Part shown: positions 11,201-19,269 of the stretch, piece after piece
How positions within the stretch are numbered: the stretch's first letter is position 1
Layout: every line of letters starts with the position of its first letter
IMG/VR virus record: IMGVR_UViG_3300023238_000018
Location: 1 to 38,086 of that record
Length of the DNA stretch: 38,086 nucleotides
Source of the DNA: a virus
Taxonomy: Duplodnaviria; Caudoviricetes
Direction: 5' to 3' (one strand)
Position numbers and translations under genes: made by a program
The notes under the pieces: generated by a model
What the model was told of the DNA's origin: nothing
The model's database searches: none
What the model saw: only the letters and a program-made list of their open reading frames with translations

Positions 11201-11972
11201 CCTGCTTGGCCTTCTCTGCCCGCTCTGGGTTCTCCGATTCGAAATCCTCCGTTGCCTTCGACCACGCTCGCATGTTGACGATATGCTCCTTGTCCAAGCG
11301 GGTGCGTATGCCTCTCATGCGCTTCTCGTTTGCCTCGAGCTGGGGATCGTAGGCAGCAGGGTTGAAGTAGCTGCCCTCTTCATCTCGAACCGAGCTGAAC
11401 TGATAGGGATCCTCCATCTCTTTGTTGCGGCGGGCCAGCGTGGCATACTCACCATCACTCATGGGATCCGGTGCCTGTGGCATGGTCGGTCCACCAATAA
11501 ATGAAGCCTCCTGACTGTGGGCTGCCGCTAACCCCATGTATCCGATTTTTGCTGCTCCTGAGGGGATCGACCGTGCAGCCTGCTCCGCCTTGTAGAGGAA
11601 GGTATTGGCTGGTGCCTTGGGCATACCTCCGACTGGGGAATACTCCTCCGTTGGGGTCTGGGTGCCATCGGTTCCTTCACCCTCTCCGCCGGCGAACTCG
11701 AAGGTCTTTGAGATCTGATCGTATGCTCCAGATGGGGTCACCCCCGGTCCGAAGAATCGCCCGGCAATGGCATCGAAGTTGTCGGCCACCTGTTTCTTGG
11801 GAAGACCCAGCCGCTTGGATAGCCAGAGTGAAGAGAACTGCTTGTCGGCGAACTGTGTGTCGCCTGCCTTTGTTGCCTCCTGTTCTGCTACGGAGAACGT
11901 GTTTCTGACGGTTTCAGGAAGCCGGTTGACCCGGGTGTCACGGGACTCGAAGAAGGGAGATAGATCATCCAT
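2289..11972 (-). CDS. Giant internal virion (ejection-type) polyvalent protein, 3227 aa, with three ART-PolyVal-like modules, metallopeptidase-like domains and an HhH-glycosylase-like domain
   Basis: Occupies the T7 gp16-equivalent position. Three copies of KWFGDSKVV..GKPKVVxHG...FF/YF...VYL...P...DG.I...FEPxQIKSATGNRG; HDAFGH...GEENAW; WY...GPKIG.F..N...D.W..R...QAIVW; helical C-terminus. Confidence 0.85.
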   Translation of the reverse strand: MDDLSPFFESRDTRVNRLPETVRNTFSVAEQEATKAGDTQFADKQFSSLWLSKRLGLPKKQVADNFDAIAGRFFGPGVTPSGAYDQISKTFEFAGGEGEGTDGTQTPTEEYSPVGGMPKAPANTFLYKAEQAARSIPSGAAKIGYMGLAAAHSQEASFIGGPTMPQAPDPMSDGEYATLARRNKEMEDPYQFSSVRDEEGSYFNPAAYDPQLEANEKRMRGIRTRLDKEHIVNMRAWSKATEDFESENPERAEKAKQVRKNSDTLYEMAEEMNHYYGIDPEFAETTLGKFAQMAGGVPATAVLGMMGPGGLAAMESVFFGEAEMDQKRAIEEQGGTYDPQQGVATNLASAVPQMILERYVGIEKVLASAMKATAKVGGKVMFGDYLKNVGKRVVESSIGEAWTEPAQGAWGDMIASLTYDEKRMIITGDAAERRLFEMVAGATMGALFGGPIAIAESMDSAAATKAEGAMVVAKDGNPLTGPEFNALRKIKSDEELMASAPDAESGKLLVAAVNGDVVAQREYNKKLINEQFTATEGMEAAGMTLGNVKGVPVLKDKEGNIFAINLSNQEHVQFLERFKAQVSKKAAQEVANELTKRFDDETKVIEFEEEERTMGDFIDAGLADIKKAEERMKIAIENGANIPEGTNPRDMVVLGNNITEYRNNVETDVSKIWRGGNAFTVIEEVSEGYVKKRLKIGDLSLDELQSWRTEYDAKAGIAPGTNSKQGLVEWFSARVVDYAVSNRKADNMPKSWGGFLRMLGDHLRQVMKMAAKMTKMQRDGKLNTELEQALKGALGLTPKAEAVAAAVDRGRAKKQAELEEVFAMIKPEAAERESLENYQRLKHKLSREEELTAIMLQRAQAEIEPVYGITAEISVQAQRILDEEGYGDVSFSVAPATNSVAFKKWFGDSKVVDADGKPKVVVHGNVFSADGGISSFDVSEQRFGKAGYGFYFSDITGANLFTEYGQRFQSNQSYRGEPNQPKSIPVYLSIKNPLVVDHVDDLARYIEKGQTFGAARGFSGNISPTAKLDLQRQGYDGIITRETTAKKVHKTQGLKILDRDDPKAISFPVYVAFEPTQIKSATGNRGTYDPVDPDITFSVGSPAFNKWFGDSKVVNDAGKPKVVYHGSTQLGFTEFDTDGKGKTARTGAFFTDDLFTAKTYSGRSGVEDPPSLEKIRKDPERHGIEVEFDERYDIWIATNPDGETFEGSSREDALDEAVDNLQPEAFSGVYEVYLALKDPIIIDAKGQNWDDISEGFDLFDEDGDTFDTVYTESEAQAAVDEGKASKFTRSWGKSTDSWARDARDMEADGLIIHNVSDGGPDSTGGEEGTIYVVFEPAQIKSATGNRGTYDPVDPDITFSVGSPAFNKWFGDSKVVNDAGKPKVVYHGTSSSFAEFNKSRQGDGPSSSQFEGREGFFFTTNPLEAEDSAFEAGIWDARANARENIVPVYLRITNPYVRKSGGKWPQSFYDQSWQDIQDKAKRGGHDGIVVTGTGKAAGTSMFVVFEPTQIKSATGNRGTYDPANPDITFSVGDSDGQPDGTGAQRTPRYDKGTTGDSQPANARRTTGDTGTDGAERYGSGVLTPLEGAPAIEGATGPDLNLVSVVEEYAKSLGLPLHRQAEFVHVDKDRAAKIAQAYDKMKHAPGDPVVAEAYQNLITQTAAQYRALEAAGYEFYLVDDSNDPYAGNPWNAMRDLRANKRMAVYATEAGFGSDESTTVDTSENPLLSDTGITWRFGKDGPMKRVLANDLFRAVHDAFGHGIEGAGFRARGEENAWQAHVRLFRGSAVGALTSETRGQNSWLNFGPHGETNKTAKVFDTVFAEQKTGLMPEWTWLDGRAGNAGDHINPRESVDPDVADTSFSLRVTVAPVRVDTVPKLTKAELLKRSGSAKFIHLQQIFDDVAAAYGVKITARFPVIGGWTERGKVSLEVPEVVEFDTDDMEIGAEMAGLVAASAPELQNSALVWQDDENGPDQIITFTVANDAAATAIAKDWNRGKVPAFSYDVANRRFTLVLKSPDDEMHGHVEAFIKKATKKGSISVGEIPTQGQGRAEFPSDERGRYESIAGEARVRASKLPAGQQQEALNEVVSRAERRIKKQAAAAKVARKAKKVLKSLPVPPESAAKIDQELGSIKFDTIRDYGLWLDARFKENTEVGAYEVGSQEGITNGGTTLAYDIIDGLSTDGSGMGWYDERVQETFRELMKIFPEFSEDPNAMTVFIGALAATSQGNNVILNFKYARKVYESYKKNGVLPTDTKFAAAKKPINDNLATMNSIIAEYGLDGFREFMDKEVTGGQLKEMFGAAPDGVTLSEIVRGNRVLGPKIGSFFNNLRGRFDTITMDLWYTRTMHRYVGESVLPLDTPKSKKMVAAFRAELNKPGTRTYGLDMKEANRGGEHTVRAAVKLFTRWSQKNEYAKKGYAKFADGYAIEKAARTIQIHASMKAAPQNKTERGWFEAIVLNAQQKLKDLGFKLTVADMQAIVWYREKNLFLDHGVAKGAAKPADYLDGAMVSRRDAEDQLDDMEEELSDNEDSTFSLVSKEDVVFGLTGVPQNEEQSLQADAEKIRSKAQDATAELVRRIRMGETLPTRVKRAKRTAESSMAARLLIPITGRLHRFAPTLAARLRRFEFDTGRAIKADFDKIKPFVDAFAKLGQNEALILDLALKNGDTQTRDQILQAFDLREAYAEVQAVLADTRKRGLAAGYEIGELTDYFPRKVMDLDGLRAHYYGKPEGGVVDRAVKEASKKAALMGRVLTDEERMEVVNRTLQGLGRKGSIPGNFKGRKTDVVDVDANAFYADSIQALLGYIDSTNAAIEKRRFFGNYAVDTPTISGVKSSKKLALDASIGGLVDSLVSSGELDGQSQREVIAILEGRFNQGITSGVIKMFKTIGYITTMGQVTSALTQLGDLAFSIYESGVWDTAIAAGTAVAGKSKVTKETMGIENIAEEFRDKTKMNRALEMTFKLTGLSYIDRIGKETLVNAKLRSMQREAKKGKLSPKTIARINTSFGEAQGAQVVADLAAGKESSDVLFAVYSTLADYQPISLSEYPESYLTNPNGRVFYMLKTFTLKQLEAFRREGIDMMVTGNASQKAQGMANLIRLMGVLYLINVPVDWLKDWLMGRDPQLSDLMVDNLFKLSGVSRWHLWNFRYRQNPIESVALLALPPAPFIQFPVMDLFDSWSKIEDGDEIKPGDFDFWRILPFAGSPYYWHFGAGADKIQKRREEREGSKRNR
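7380..7464. repeat. Partial copy C of the intragenic module-junction repeat
   Basis: Matches 8673-8757; 7409-7464 is identical to 8702-8757. Confidence 0.9.
7811..7974. repeat. Copy B of the 164-bp module-junction direct repeat
   Basis: 7811-7931 is identical to 8594-8714 (offset 783); I count 5 mismatches over 164 bp. Confidence 0.95.
8594..8757. repeat. Copy A of the 164-bp module-junction direct repeat
   Basis: Matches copies B and C; a diverged partial copy lies at about 9200-9272. Confidence 0.95.
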
Positions 11973-12017
11973 TGCCGGAAGTGAACCTTACTTCCCAAAC
12001 AAAAGCCATTCCAACGT

Positions 12018-13670
12018 CTAGCTGCCCGGTAGCAAATCCCCAAAGGCTTCCTCAACGGTTTGGGCACCGGATAGTTCTCGGACCTCCGACTCCAATACCT
12101 CCTTCAGCTTGGCTACTTCCACTGGTGGTGGGTTGCCCTCATAGGCGTCGTAGAAGCTGCGGATTCGTCTCTCCTGACCGAACATTGCGTCTCCCATTTG
12201 CGTGGCACCAAGACCGACTGACAGCTTACGGTAGGTCTCCAGCATTCCCTTTCGAAGATCCTTTTCCCCTGCCGTAATATCGCGATCAGCGAATGCCCCA
12301 GTTCCCTCTTCTTCTAGGTCATTGATGTCCGTGATCTTCATCAGCATCAGATCATCCATCAACCTGAGTCGGGTTGGCTGGGTCACCTCTGCGTTGAGTA
12401 TCCGGTTTTGCAGGACGATATAAGCAGGGTCCGATCGCTGGGCACCCTCTGCACCTTTGTCCAGCGCATCCCACCATCCCGCTGCCATGTCGGCCTTGAT
12501 CGACCTGTATTCACCTTCTGGATCCTGAATCTCGGTCGTTGATGCCAGTTCAAGTTGGGCAGCAATCTTTTTCCCCTGTTCACCAGTGATCACCCCAAGG
12601 ACTACTTGCTGCTCAACCTCTCGAAGTCCTGCCTCCTTCTTCTCCAGCACGGTTGCCGTCAACGAGTCTGCGGACTTGGCCTTACGGATGGCTTGATCGT
12701 TTGCATCTTCGGCAACCTTGGCCCGGCGCTCTTCGGTGGCTTGCTTGACGTAGGGATCCAATCCCATGGCCGTCCGCTCATCGATCTCTCCATCATCCAG
12801 TGCGGCTTGAACATCTGATGCCGTGGCTTTCCCGGCCCTGATAGATGCGACCAAACTTCGCCCCGTGACGTCCATCTGGCGCTGGGCTGCACGTGCTCTG
12901 GATCCCGCGATTGATTGGAGGTTCACCCGTTGTCCAAGTGCCATGCCCCCTTCCTTTTCTTCCCACTCTGAGTGGGCACCGTCGTCGTTCTTGGCTGTGA
13001 GCCTACCCACGAAGTCACCGTAGGAGTCCAGCTGTTCGGCTGGGGTCTGCTCCGAGATCGAATCGAGTTCGTTGTTGGCCATGCGATAGAGACCCTGTTC
13101 GAGTCCATCACGGATAGCCCGCTGCTTAGCCTCGGGAGCGAGGTTCATCTTGTTCATCGCCTCCTTGAACTTATCGTGGTATCCCCCTCTCAAGTATGCC
13201 TGAGCATTGGTTTCAATGTTCGCATTCGATTTTCGGATACTGGCCCGCTTCGTGGCGATATTAGTCTGCGCTACGAACCTTGCTTTGAAGTCCTCGTATT
13301 GCATGCGGTCAGCTTCGACCACTTGCTTGCTCCACCCATCATCCTTGGCCCGCTTGTCACGGGATTTCTCATACGCACCGAGCGATTCATTGATGTGAGC
13401 TTCCCACGTCTCCGGTTTGTCTTGGTTGTCCTCCATCCACACCTTGATTTCTGAATCGGTATTGATGCGAACGGTGTCCTCATGGGCCATGATTCCCTCG
13501 CCCACGTGCTTCTTCACCTCTTGATCGATGCGCAGCATCACAGCACCGGTCTGGCTGATGGCTCGGCCTGCTTGGGCTATGGCACCACCAGCGGCGATCT
13601 GGGCCGATGGATCAACTGCTCGCGATAGAGGGACTGACCCAACTGGTGGGCGATCTACTGTAGGGATCAT
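12018..13670 (-). CDS. Internal virion protein (T7 gp15-like position)
   Basis: 550 aa, alpha-helical and A/E/K-rich; lies between the small internal virion protein and the giant protein. Confidence 0.7.
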   Translation of the reverse strand: MIPTVDRPPVGSVPLSRAVDPSAQIAAGGAIAQAGRAISQTGAVMLRIDQEVKKHVGEGIMAHEDTVRINTDSEIKVWMEDNQDKPETWEAHINESLGAYEKSRDKRAKDDGWSKQVVEADRMQYEDFKARFVAQTNIATKRASIRKSNANIETNAQAYLRGGYHDKFKEAMNKMNLAPEAKQRAIRDGLEQGLYRMANNELDSISEQTPAEQLDSYGDFVGRLTAKNDDGAHSEWEEKEGGMALGQRVNLQSIAGSRARAAQRQMDVTGRSLVASIRAGKATASDVQAALDDGEIDERTAMGLDPYVKQATEERRAKVAEDANDQAIRKAKSADSLTATVLEKKEAGLREVEQQVVLGVITGEQGKKIAAQLELASTTEIQDPEGEYRSIKADMAAGWWDALDKGAEGAQRSDPAYIVLQNRILNAEVTQPTRLRLMDDLMLMKITDINDLEEEGTGAFADRDITAGEKDLRKGMLETYRKLSVGLGATQMGDAMFGQERRIRSFYDAYEGNPPPVEVAKLKEVLESEVRELSGAQTVEEAFGDLLPGS

Positions 13671-13676
13671 GGGAGT

Positions 13677-14159
13677 TTAACCTTTTTTTAAGTCGTAGAT
13701 TGAACCCGCTGCTGAGCCGAGTCCTGAAAGTAGTGTGGCACCTGCTGCGGTTCGGTATCCAGCACCACGGTCGTATCCGTCCTGCCTTGCTTGGGATCCA
13801 CCTTCACGTAGGCGCTTCGACTTGGCCCGACCGGTGCGGCCCTGCTCCAGTGCGTCCAGCTCCATGAGCCCCGCCGACTCTGCCAACACCTCGAGAGGGG
13901 TGCCTTCCATGACGACACCGGCCTTGGCATACTTGGACCGTTGGGTGCTGCTGGTGGCCTTGTTGCGCTCACGTTGCCGGCGCACTGCTTCGTTGGTGTC
14001 GAGCGTGGTCTGGAGGGCATCCATCTCCGCATTGGCGGCGTTCTGTTCTCCCGCCCGCTCTGCTGCCTTGGCTTGCTTGCGCTGGCCCATGACTTGGACA
14101 CCTGTGCCGATGGCAGAGGCGGCAATGGATCCGATTGCGAGTGCTGTCATTGCTGCCAT
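13677..14159 (-). CDS. Small internal virion protein (T7 gp14-like)
   Basis: Hydrophobic A/G N-terminus, QR..YAKAGV.MEGTPL motif, Ala/Gly C-terminus. Confidence 0.8.
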   Translation of the reverse strand: MAAMTALAIGSIAASAIGTGVQVMGQRKQAKAAERAGEQNAANAEMDALQTTLDTNEAVRRQRERNKATSSTQRSKYAKAGVVMEGTPLEVLAESAGLMELDALEQGRTGRAKSKRLREGGSQARQDGYDRGAGYRTAAGATLLSGLGSAAGSIYDLKKG

Positions 14160-14161
14160 GG

Positions 14162-14563
14162 TTAGTCCCTCAGATTGAGGTTAAGAAGGGTCACACCTTC
14201 GTCGGTCTTGGTGAATCCATTTCTCTCATACAGCGAGACGAGGCCATCCTGTCTGCATGCTGTGAGCATTACGCCATAGTCGTTGTCCAATCCCACCTGC
14301 TTGAGGAAGGTGACGATGCGGCTGATGGCTCGAACTGACTTGAGCGGGCTGGCCTTGGGGTTCGTGACCAACCAGTCCATCCAGCACACGCCAACGCTGT
14401 TGTCCATGTAGAGCCAAGCAGCGGCGATGCCTGACAGGTCTGCGTCTAACACCACGCACCCAATCTTCGGCAGCGCCTGCTCTGGCACCATGGGCCATCC
14501 GTGGCCTACCCACCATTGGCTGATTACTGCGTAGTCCTTGGGGTCGGTGAGTCGGATGTTCAT
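14162..14563 (-). CDS. GNAT-fold acetyltransferase-like protein (gp13-like position)
   Basis: MNIR...DY..I..WW, AAAWLY, WLVTNP, LYERNGF motifs. Confidence 0.75.
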   Translation of the reverse strand: MNIRLTDPKDYAVISQWWVGHGWPMVPEQALPKIGCVVLDADLSGIAAAWLYMDNSVGVCWMDWLVTNPKASPLKSVRAISRIVTFLKQVGLDNDYGVMLTACRQDGLVSLYERNGFTKTDEGVTLLNLNLRD

Positions 14564-17178
14564 TAGCCGTTGATGTCGTATTTTGCGATGATGGCGAGGA
14601 TGGTCATGGGGAGAGGTTGGTCCTGTTTGATCAGGATGTCACCTTCATACCCGTAGCCCCCGTCAAACTCGACTTCTAGGTCTCCGGTGAAGAGCGGGGG
14701 CGATGCGTCCATGGTGTCCTCTACTCCTCGGAAGTTCACGTCGTCCTCGTAGGCTCCATCTCCCACCTTCAATCCAAGAGATGAATACATCCGAACGAAC
14801 AACTGGGTGATGCGTTTCGTCTGACCCATGGTCATTCCATAGCTGGGGTCTACGTCCAACTTCTGGGGCTTCAGGATCGACTCGTAGGAAAGGCCGACAT
14901 GAGCCACCACCGCAGAGTTTTGAAGGGTAATCGATCCACTTCTCACGGTGTGAGTCTCAACCGCACCATCAGCCAGCACCTGCACCTCCATGTTGGTGAG
15001 ATGTCCCAGTCCGGTCAGGGTCTTGACTGACTGGGTGACAGTGCCGCCCGCCAATGAAGGAAGGGTTGGCGATTCAAAAGTGAACTTGAAACGGTCAGCA
15101 ACTACCCATGGGCCTGACTGGCCTTCTTGATCAATCGGCAGGAGATAAAACGTGGTGGTGCTTGCGACGTCTACGGCATACTCACCAGCGAGACCGAAAA
15201 CCACTGAACCTTCGAGCCTGACCACGTCCCCGTCTGTAAGCCCATGCACTGATACCGTCTGAATTGAAACGGTGAACGTGTAGAGTGACCCCACGTTGGA
15301 CAATGGGGCAGCAGTCAGTGTCTGGATATCGGTCGCAGTGCTGGCCGCATCATAGGTCAGGGCGCTGTCCAAGAAGAATGCATCCTGCTTGGTGTCTCCT
15401 TCGTTCGGGCTGAAGTAATTGTGCATGCGCTCAACGTAGCGTTTGATGTATCCGTTGATGGTGCGCTTCACGACGATATAGACCTCGTCATTCCTAGTGC
15501 CGAAGACCACAGCCACGCTCTCAACGGTGCCCTGCGTTTCGTGGTGAGTCCATCCAACCACGTCCTGCTCTCGCTCATAGGTCATGCTGATCAGTTTACC
15601 GTTACCAGTGACTGCCCACAGCGTGTTGTAGGGCAACTGCTGGACTGCCAGCTGCACGATGCCACCGGCTGTGATGTGCTCAGCCACCAAGGTCAGATCC
15701 GGTGCCACGAACTTGTCCTGATCAAATCGATACGTCAGCTCCCTGACCTTGCGGGTGTTGCGCTGCACGAAGACAATCACGTCCCCCAGTAGCCTTGCCT
15801 CGAGCACTGCGCTTCCATGTTCGGACTGCGGGCGGATGGATACATTCGTCGGTGTGATCGCTGATGTGCTATCCCCAGCCGATGCGATGGCGTGCTCTCC
15901 TGAGGTGGTGCCAATGAGCATAGCCTTCTGTGGTGCCATCCAGAGAATGGTTTGGCGCTTCTTCGTGGCCAGCGTGAAGGCAAGTGCATCCGTGTCCAAT
16001 GCCCCATAGTCGAAGTTTAAGTAGTCGTCAGTAGCTGATGCCCAAACCGTCTGGATCTGGTATTCACTCCCCGCATACCACACCCGCTGTTCGAAGATCG
16101 CCACTGCTCTGGGATAGCCTCGGACATCCGACCAAGCGCCTTCGGCCCAGTATGTGGTCGCGTCTGTTGATTCCAGCGCCGTGATGACAGTTGCGGTGAC
16201 TGATGTGGCTGATCCCCGTGCTGTGATCTTAACGGTCCCCCAGATGTCTGCATCCACCGCTTCGATCACTACCCGGGGAGTAGTGGCACCTGCGACCGAT
16301 GGTGCGATCCGGTTCTCGATCTTGACCCTGAAATACGCCTGCGTGTCCTGCGTTCCGACCTGATCGATGTTGCGGTCTTCCTTGCCTGAGAACTTGCGGA
16401 TGGTCTCCCAGTTCGTGGATCCGTCAGCACTGCGCTGGATCAGGATGTCTGCGTTCCAGACTCCGTAGGTGCGGACCTGCCAGTCACCAATGATCTTGAG
16501 CCCGGTTCCAGTCACGTTGGCGCTGATGCTCTCCTCTTCGTAGGTCGATTCGCGAAGGTGTCCGATCCTCCAGTAGCTGCCGACGTGATCATCTTGGAAC
16601 CCGGCCTCGAGCTCACTGAACCCTGCACCGCTTGCCGTGATCGTGATGGTCCCACTCGTTGCTGATGGCGTGAGCGTGATGGCACTCAGGTTCTGGTCCA
16701 GCATGGGTGGCACCTCGAACACTGTATCCGCCAAGGTCCAACTGTCTGCCGCGAGTCTGGTCAGGGTCCGTGATGGGTGGCCCGGGCAGGTGATGTAAGC
16801 GATATCGTTGATCTGGGCAATCTGGAGCAGGAAGCACTCAGCAATCGTGTAGTTGTGGACGACGGTAACAGGGGATCCTCCTCCACTCTCAAGCTCAGCC
16901 CCGTTAGAAATGAACCGAAGGTATCCCTCCACCCACACCAAGATGTAAGACGTGGTGGTCGAGTATTCCCAATCCATCAGTCTCGCCTTATTGTCTCCGA
17001 ATGTGCCCCCCACGTATCGCGATCCCGGCCGGCGTTCGCACTGCCCGTAAAGGCCGGCGATCACATTCTTCATGGTCCTTGCCCCGTTGCGGGTCTTGGC
17101 CACGTCCACGCGACCCTCAAGCAAGGGTGAGATCTCGCCAGCATTGAAGCTGGTCATGACGGTTTTGGATTTAGCCAT
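14563..17178 (-). CDS. Tail tubular protein B (nozzle)
   Basis: SFNAGEISPLL.GR.D, RRPG, GYPRAVAIFEQR, EQDVVGW.HH, FLDS, Q.QPLP.TILAI motifs. Confidence 0.92.
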   Translation of the reverse strand: MAKSKTVMTSFNAGEISPLLEGRVDVAKTRNGARTMKNVIAGLYGQCERRPGSRYVGGTFGDNKARLMDWEYSTTTSYILVWVEGYLRFISNGAELESGGGSPVTVVHNYTIAECFLLQIAQINDIAYITCPGHPSRTLTRLAADSWTLADTVFEVPPMLDQNLSAITLTPSATSGTITITASGAGFSELEAGFQDDHVGSYWRIGHLRESTYEEESISANVTGTGLKIIGDWQVRTYGVWNADILIQRSADGSTNWETIRKFSGKEDRNIDQVGTQDTQAYFRVKIENRIAPSVAGATTPRVVIEAVDADIWGTVKITARGSATSVTATVITALESTDATTYWAEGAWSDVRGYPRAVAIFEQRVWYAGSEYQIQTVWASATDDYLNFDYGALDTDALAFTLATKKRQTILWMAPQKAMLIGTTSGEHAIASAGDSTSAITPTNVSIRPQSEHGSAVLEARLLGDVIVFVQRNTRKVRELTYRFDQDKFVAPDLTLVAEHITAGGIVQLAVQQLPYNTLWAVTGNGKLISMTYEREQDVVGWTHHETQGTVESVAVVFGTRNDEVYIVVKRTINGYIKRYVERMHNYFSPNEGDTKQDAFFLDSALTYDAASTATDIQTLTAAPLSNVGSLYTFTVSIQTVSVHGLTDGDVVRLEGSVVFGLAGEYAVDVASTTTFYLLPIDQEGQSGPWVVADRFKFTFESPTLPSLAGGTVTQSVKTLTGLGHLTNMEVQVLADGAVETHTVRSGSITLQNSAVVAHVGLSYESILKPQKLDVDPSYGMTMGQTKRITQLFVRMYSSLGLKVGDGAYEDDVNFRGVEDTMDASPPLFTGDLEVEFDGGYGYEGDILIKQDQPLPMTILAIIAKYDING

Positions 17179-17788
17179 TGGTCGAAGAGATGCGGGATTG
17201 AATGAATCGTGACTCTGCGGCGGGGTTGCGACGGATGGGCTTGCGCTCTGCCATGTCCTTCATCTGCGCCATGGGCAGCTTGTCAGCTCGATACTCGCGC
17301 ATAAGATTGTGCGCCTTGTCTCCATTGTCGTCTCGGATCGGCGTGGCGATCTCAGCAGCCAGCCGGCAGACCACTGCGGCAGTAAGTAAGGCATCCCATG
17401 CGGCGGTGTCGTGGTCCTCTTTGATGTATTGCACCTGTGCGATATCTGCATTGGTCAGGAGGGATCGCCCTTCGATCTCAAATGCATCACCCGGGTCAGC
17501 ATCGTTTAATGTGCCGTTGACCTTCACGATGCGTGCGCAGTCGGAGGGAAGTGGATACGAGTAGTCCCAACCAAAGGCAGGCGCTGTCGTGTGCTGAGCC
17601 AGCTCAGTCCGGCCCTTCAGGCAGTTCCATTGACCGCTGCGAATTACCTCAGCGACGATGGACGTGAATGCGGCCTTGCAGATGCGTGCGTTCTTCGACG
17701 CGACGTCATCCATTGAAGTGATACGGGAACCTCCCACGCGCATCAGGGCGAGGTTTGCGATAGTGGTCTTGGAAGTAGTGGCAGACAT
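17171..17788 (-). CDS. Tail tubular protein A (adaptor)
   Basis: IANLAL.RVG..RITSMD, W......L, PAFGWDYSY.LPSD, IEGR.LLT, LAAEIA. Start moved to ATG 17788 because the track start lies in a terminator. Confidence 0.9.
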   Translation of the reverse strand: MSATTSKTTIANLALMRVGGSRITSMDDVASKNARICKAAFTSIVAEVIRSGQWNCLKGRTELAQHTTAPAFGWDYSYPLPSDCARIVKVNGTLNDADPGDAFEIEGRSLLTNADIAQVQYIKEDHDTAAWDALLTAAVVCRLAAEIATPIRDDNGDKAHNLMREYRADKLPMAQMKDMAERKPIRRNPAAESRFIQSRISSTNG

Positions 17789-17802
17789 TGTGTTTAGAGT
17801 TG

Positions 17803-17841
17803 AAAGCAAAAGAGCCCCGCCCGCCGAAGCAGACAGGACTC
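17803..17841 (-). terminator. Rho-independent terminator after the capsid genes
   Basis: Minus strand GAGTCCTGTCTGC-TTCG-GCGGGCGGGGCTC-TTTTGCTTT. Confidence 0.88.
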
Positions 17842-17864
17842 AGTTATGACCATCAGCTAGGTGA

Positions 17865-18323
17865 TTAGACCTGAGCCAAATACGGGATCTGGAACGTGAT
17901 CTTCTTGCCAGCGGTCATCGGGAAAGTCCCGGCAAGCGTTGCCTTGAGGGTCACGTTCGCCAACTCGATACGATACGGGGTGACCATGATCGCATTGGTT
18001 GGGGTCACAGTCACAATGCCAGCAGCGGTAAGAGCCACGTTGGTTGCGCTGTAGCGGTCATCATCGGTTGCGTCGCCCAGCTTGCTGATGACAGCGGCAG
18101 TTCCACCAGCGGCGTCGTTGGAGATCTTCACCTGATCAGTCAGGAGCTGGCAACCTACAGGGAGGTCGATGATGTTGAGAACGTCAGCAGCAGCTTCAGC
18201 GGCAGTGACGGTGTGGGTGACCATAGCCACCATGATCGCAGCGGTCAGCTCGCGACCTTTGAGTCGGGATCCAAGCGTTGGTGCGATCTGGATGGCACGG
18301 AGAGCAGTGTTAATATCAGCCAT
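17865..18323 (-). CDS. Probable capsid decoration / minor head protein
   Basis: Beta-rich 152 aa directly after the major capsid gene and before the terminator; LP.G and GDATDDDRY motifs. Confidence 0.7.
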   Translation of the reverse strand: MADINTALRAIQIAPTLGSRLKGRELTAAIMVAMVTHTVTAAEAAADVLNIIDLPVGCQLLTDQVKISNDAAGGTAAVISKLGDATDDDRYSATNVALTAAGIVTVTPTNAIMVTPYRIELANVTLKATLAGTFPMTAGKKITFQIPYLAQV

Positions 18324-18366
18324 GGGAATTATTCCTTAGTAGAATTGTTACGGTTGCGGGGAGGTC

Positions 18367-19269
18367 TTAGGCAGTCTCATCACAGAAGATGAGAGTGACT
18401 CGTTCCTCTTCCATGCGGGTGGCACCAAGCATCATCTTGGTCCGAATCTGAACGGTCTCGTTCATGTCATCACGGATGGACATCTTGACCGAGCGATCCT
18501 TGCTCTCACCGAGAAGCACGCCCGCTTTGTGGTAGGCGATACAGGTGCGAACACTTGTTGCCGCGACAAGCGTAAGTAGCTCCAAGCGGCAGAACTCGAA
18601 ACCAAGGAACCGGGTCACGGTGCCTTCATTGAGCGCCTTGACGTTGGCGTAGTCAGAAGACTTCACCTCGATCACATTCTCCAACAGGTCAGAGAGCTGC
18701 TTGGCACTGTGCAGGAAGTAGCGGTCTTCATCGGGGACTTCCGCCACGTCTTGGAGGTATTTGGCCCGAATGAGCTTGTCCAAGGTCAGGCCGGAATTGG
18801 CAGCACCACCCGATTTGACGTAGGCGACCTCAACCTTCTGGGCGGCTCCTAGGTCCACGGCATCAGTGCCTGTGTTGCCGATGTAGGCAGTGCCCTCGAG
18901 TGCGGCGATGATGACCTCGTCCATGGTGCGCTTAGCAGCCATGGCGTGATTCATCACATGCTCAGAATCTGGTTCCGGCAGCTCGCCCAGCGCAATGCCG
19001 TCGAACTCATCGATGTGGGTGACCTCATCATAGCCGATGGGACGAACCCAACGCTTGGCCATGGTGGTGTTCGACGCGATGGTCTTGCCATTGCGCGTAG
19101 TGATCATCCGCATACGGGACTTACCGAGCTGGGAGAATTGACGTTCCTTGCCCTTAACGGTGGCGCGGCGGCACTTACCCTCAAGGCGGGATTCCTTCTG
19201 CTGAAGGAGGTGTTCCCAGTTACTTGCGAACTGGGTCTGATAATGATCAGGAAGACTTTCGAGAGACAT
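18367..19269 (-). CDS. Major capsid protein
   Basis: QF.SN..HLLQQK.SRL, A..R..D.VII.A..G, LL....V.SSDY..VKAL..G.V..FLGF.F, GATR.EE.RV (BPP-1-like capsid family pattern). Confidence 0.93.
   Translation of the reverse strand: MSLESLPDHYQTQFASNWEHLLQQKESRLEGKCRRATVKGKERQFSQLGKSRMRMITTRNGKTIASNTTMAKRWVRPIGYDEVTHIDEFDGIALGELPEPDSEHVMNHAMAAKRTMDEVIIAALEGTAYIGNTGTDAVDLGAAQKVEVAYVKSGGAANSGLTLDKLIRAKYLQDVAEVPDEDRYFLHSAKQLSDLLENVIEVKSSDYANVKALNEGTVTRFLGFEFCRLELLTLVAATSVRTCIAYHKAGVLLGESKDRSVKMSIRDDMNETVQIRTKMMLGATRMEEERVTLIFCDETA

Noticed and set aside
18323-18400. T7 10B-type capsid frameshift extension
   Set aside because: No slippery heptamer near the capsid stop, and the downstream gene has its own AAGGA and ATG.
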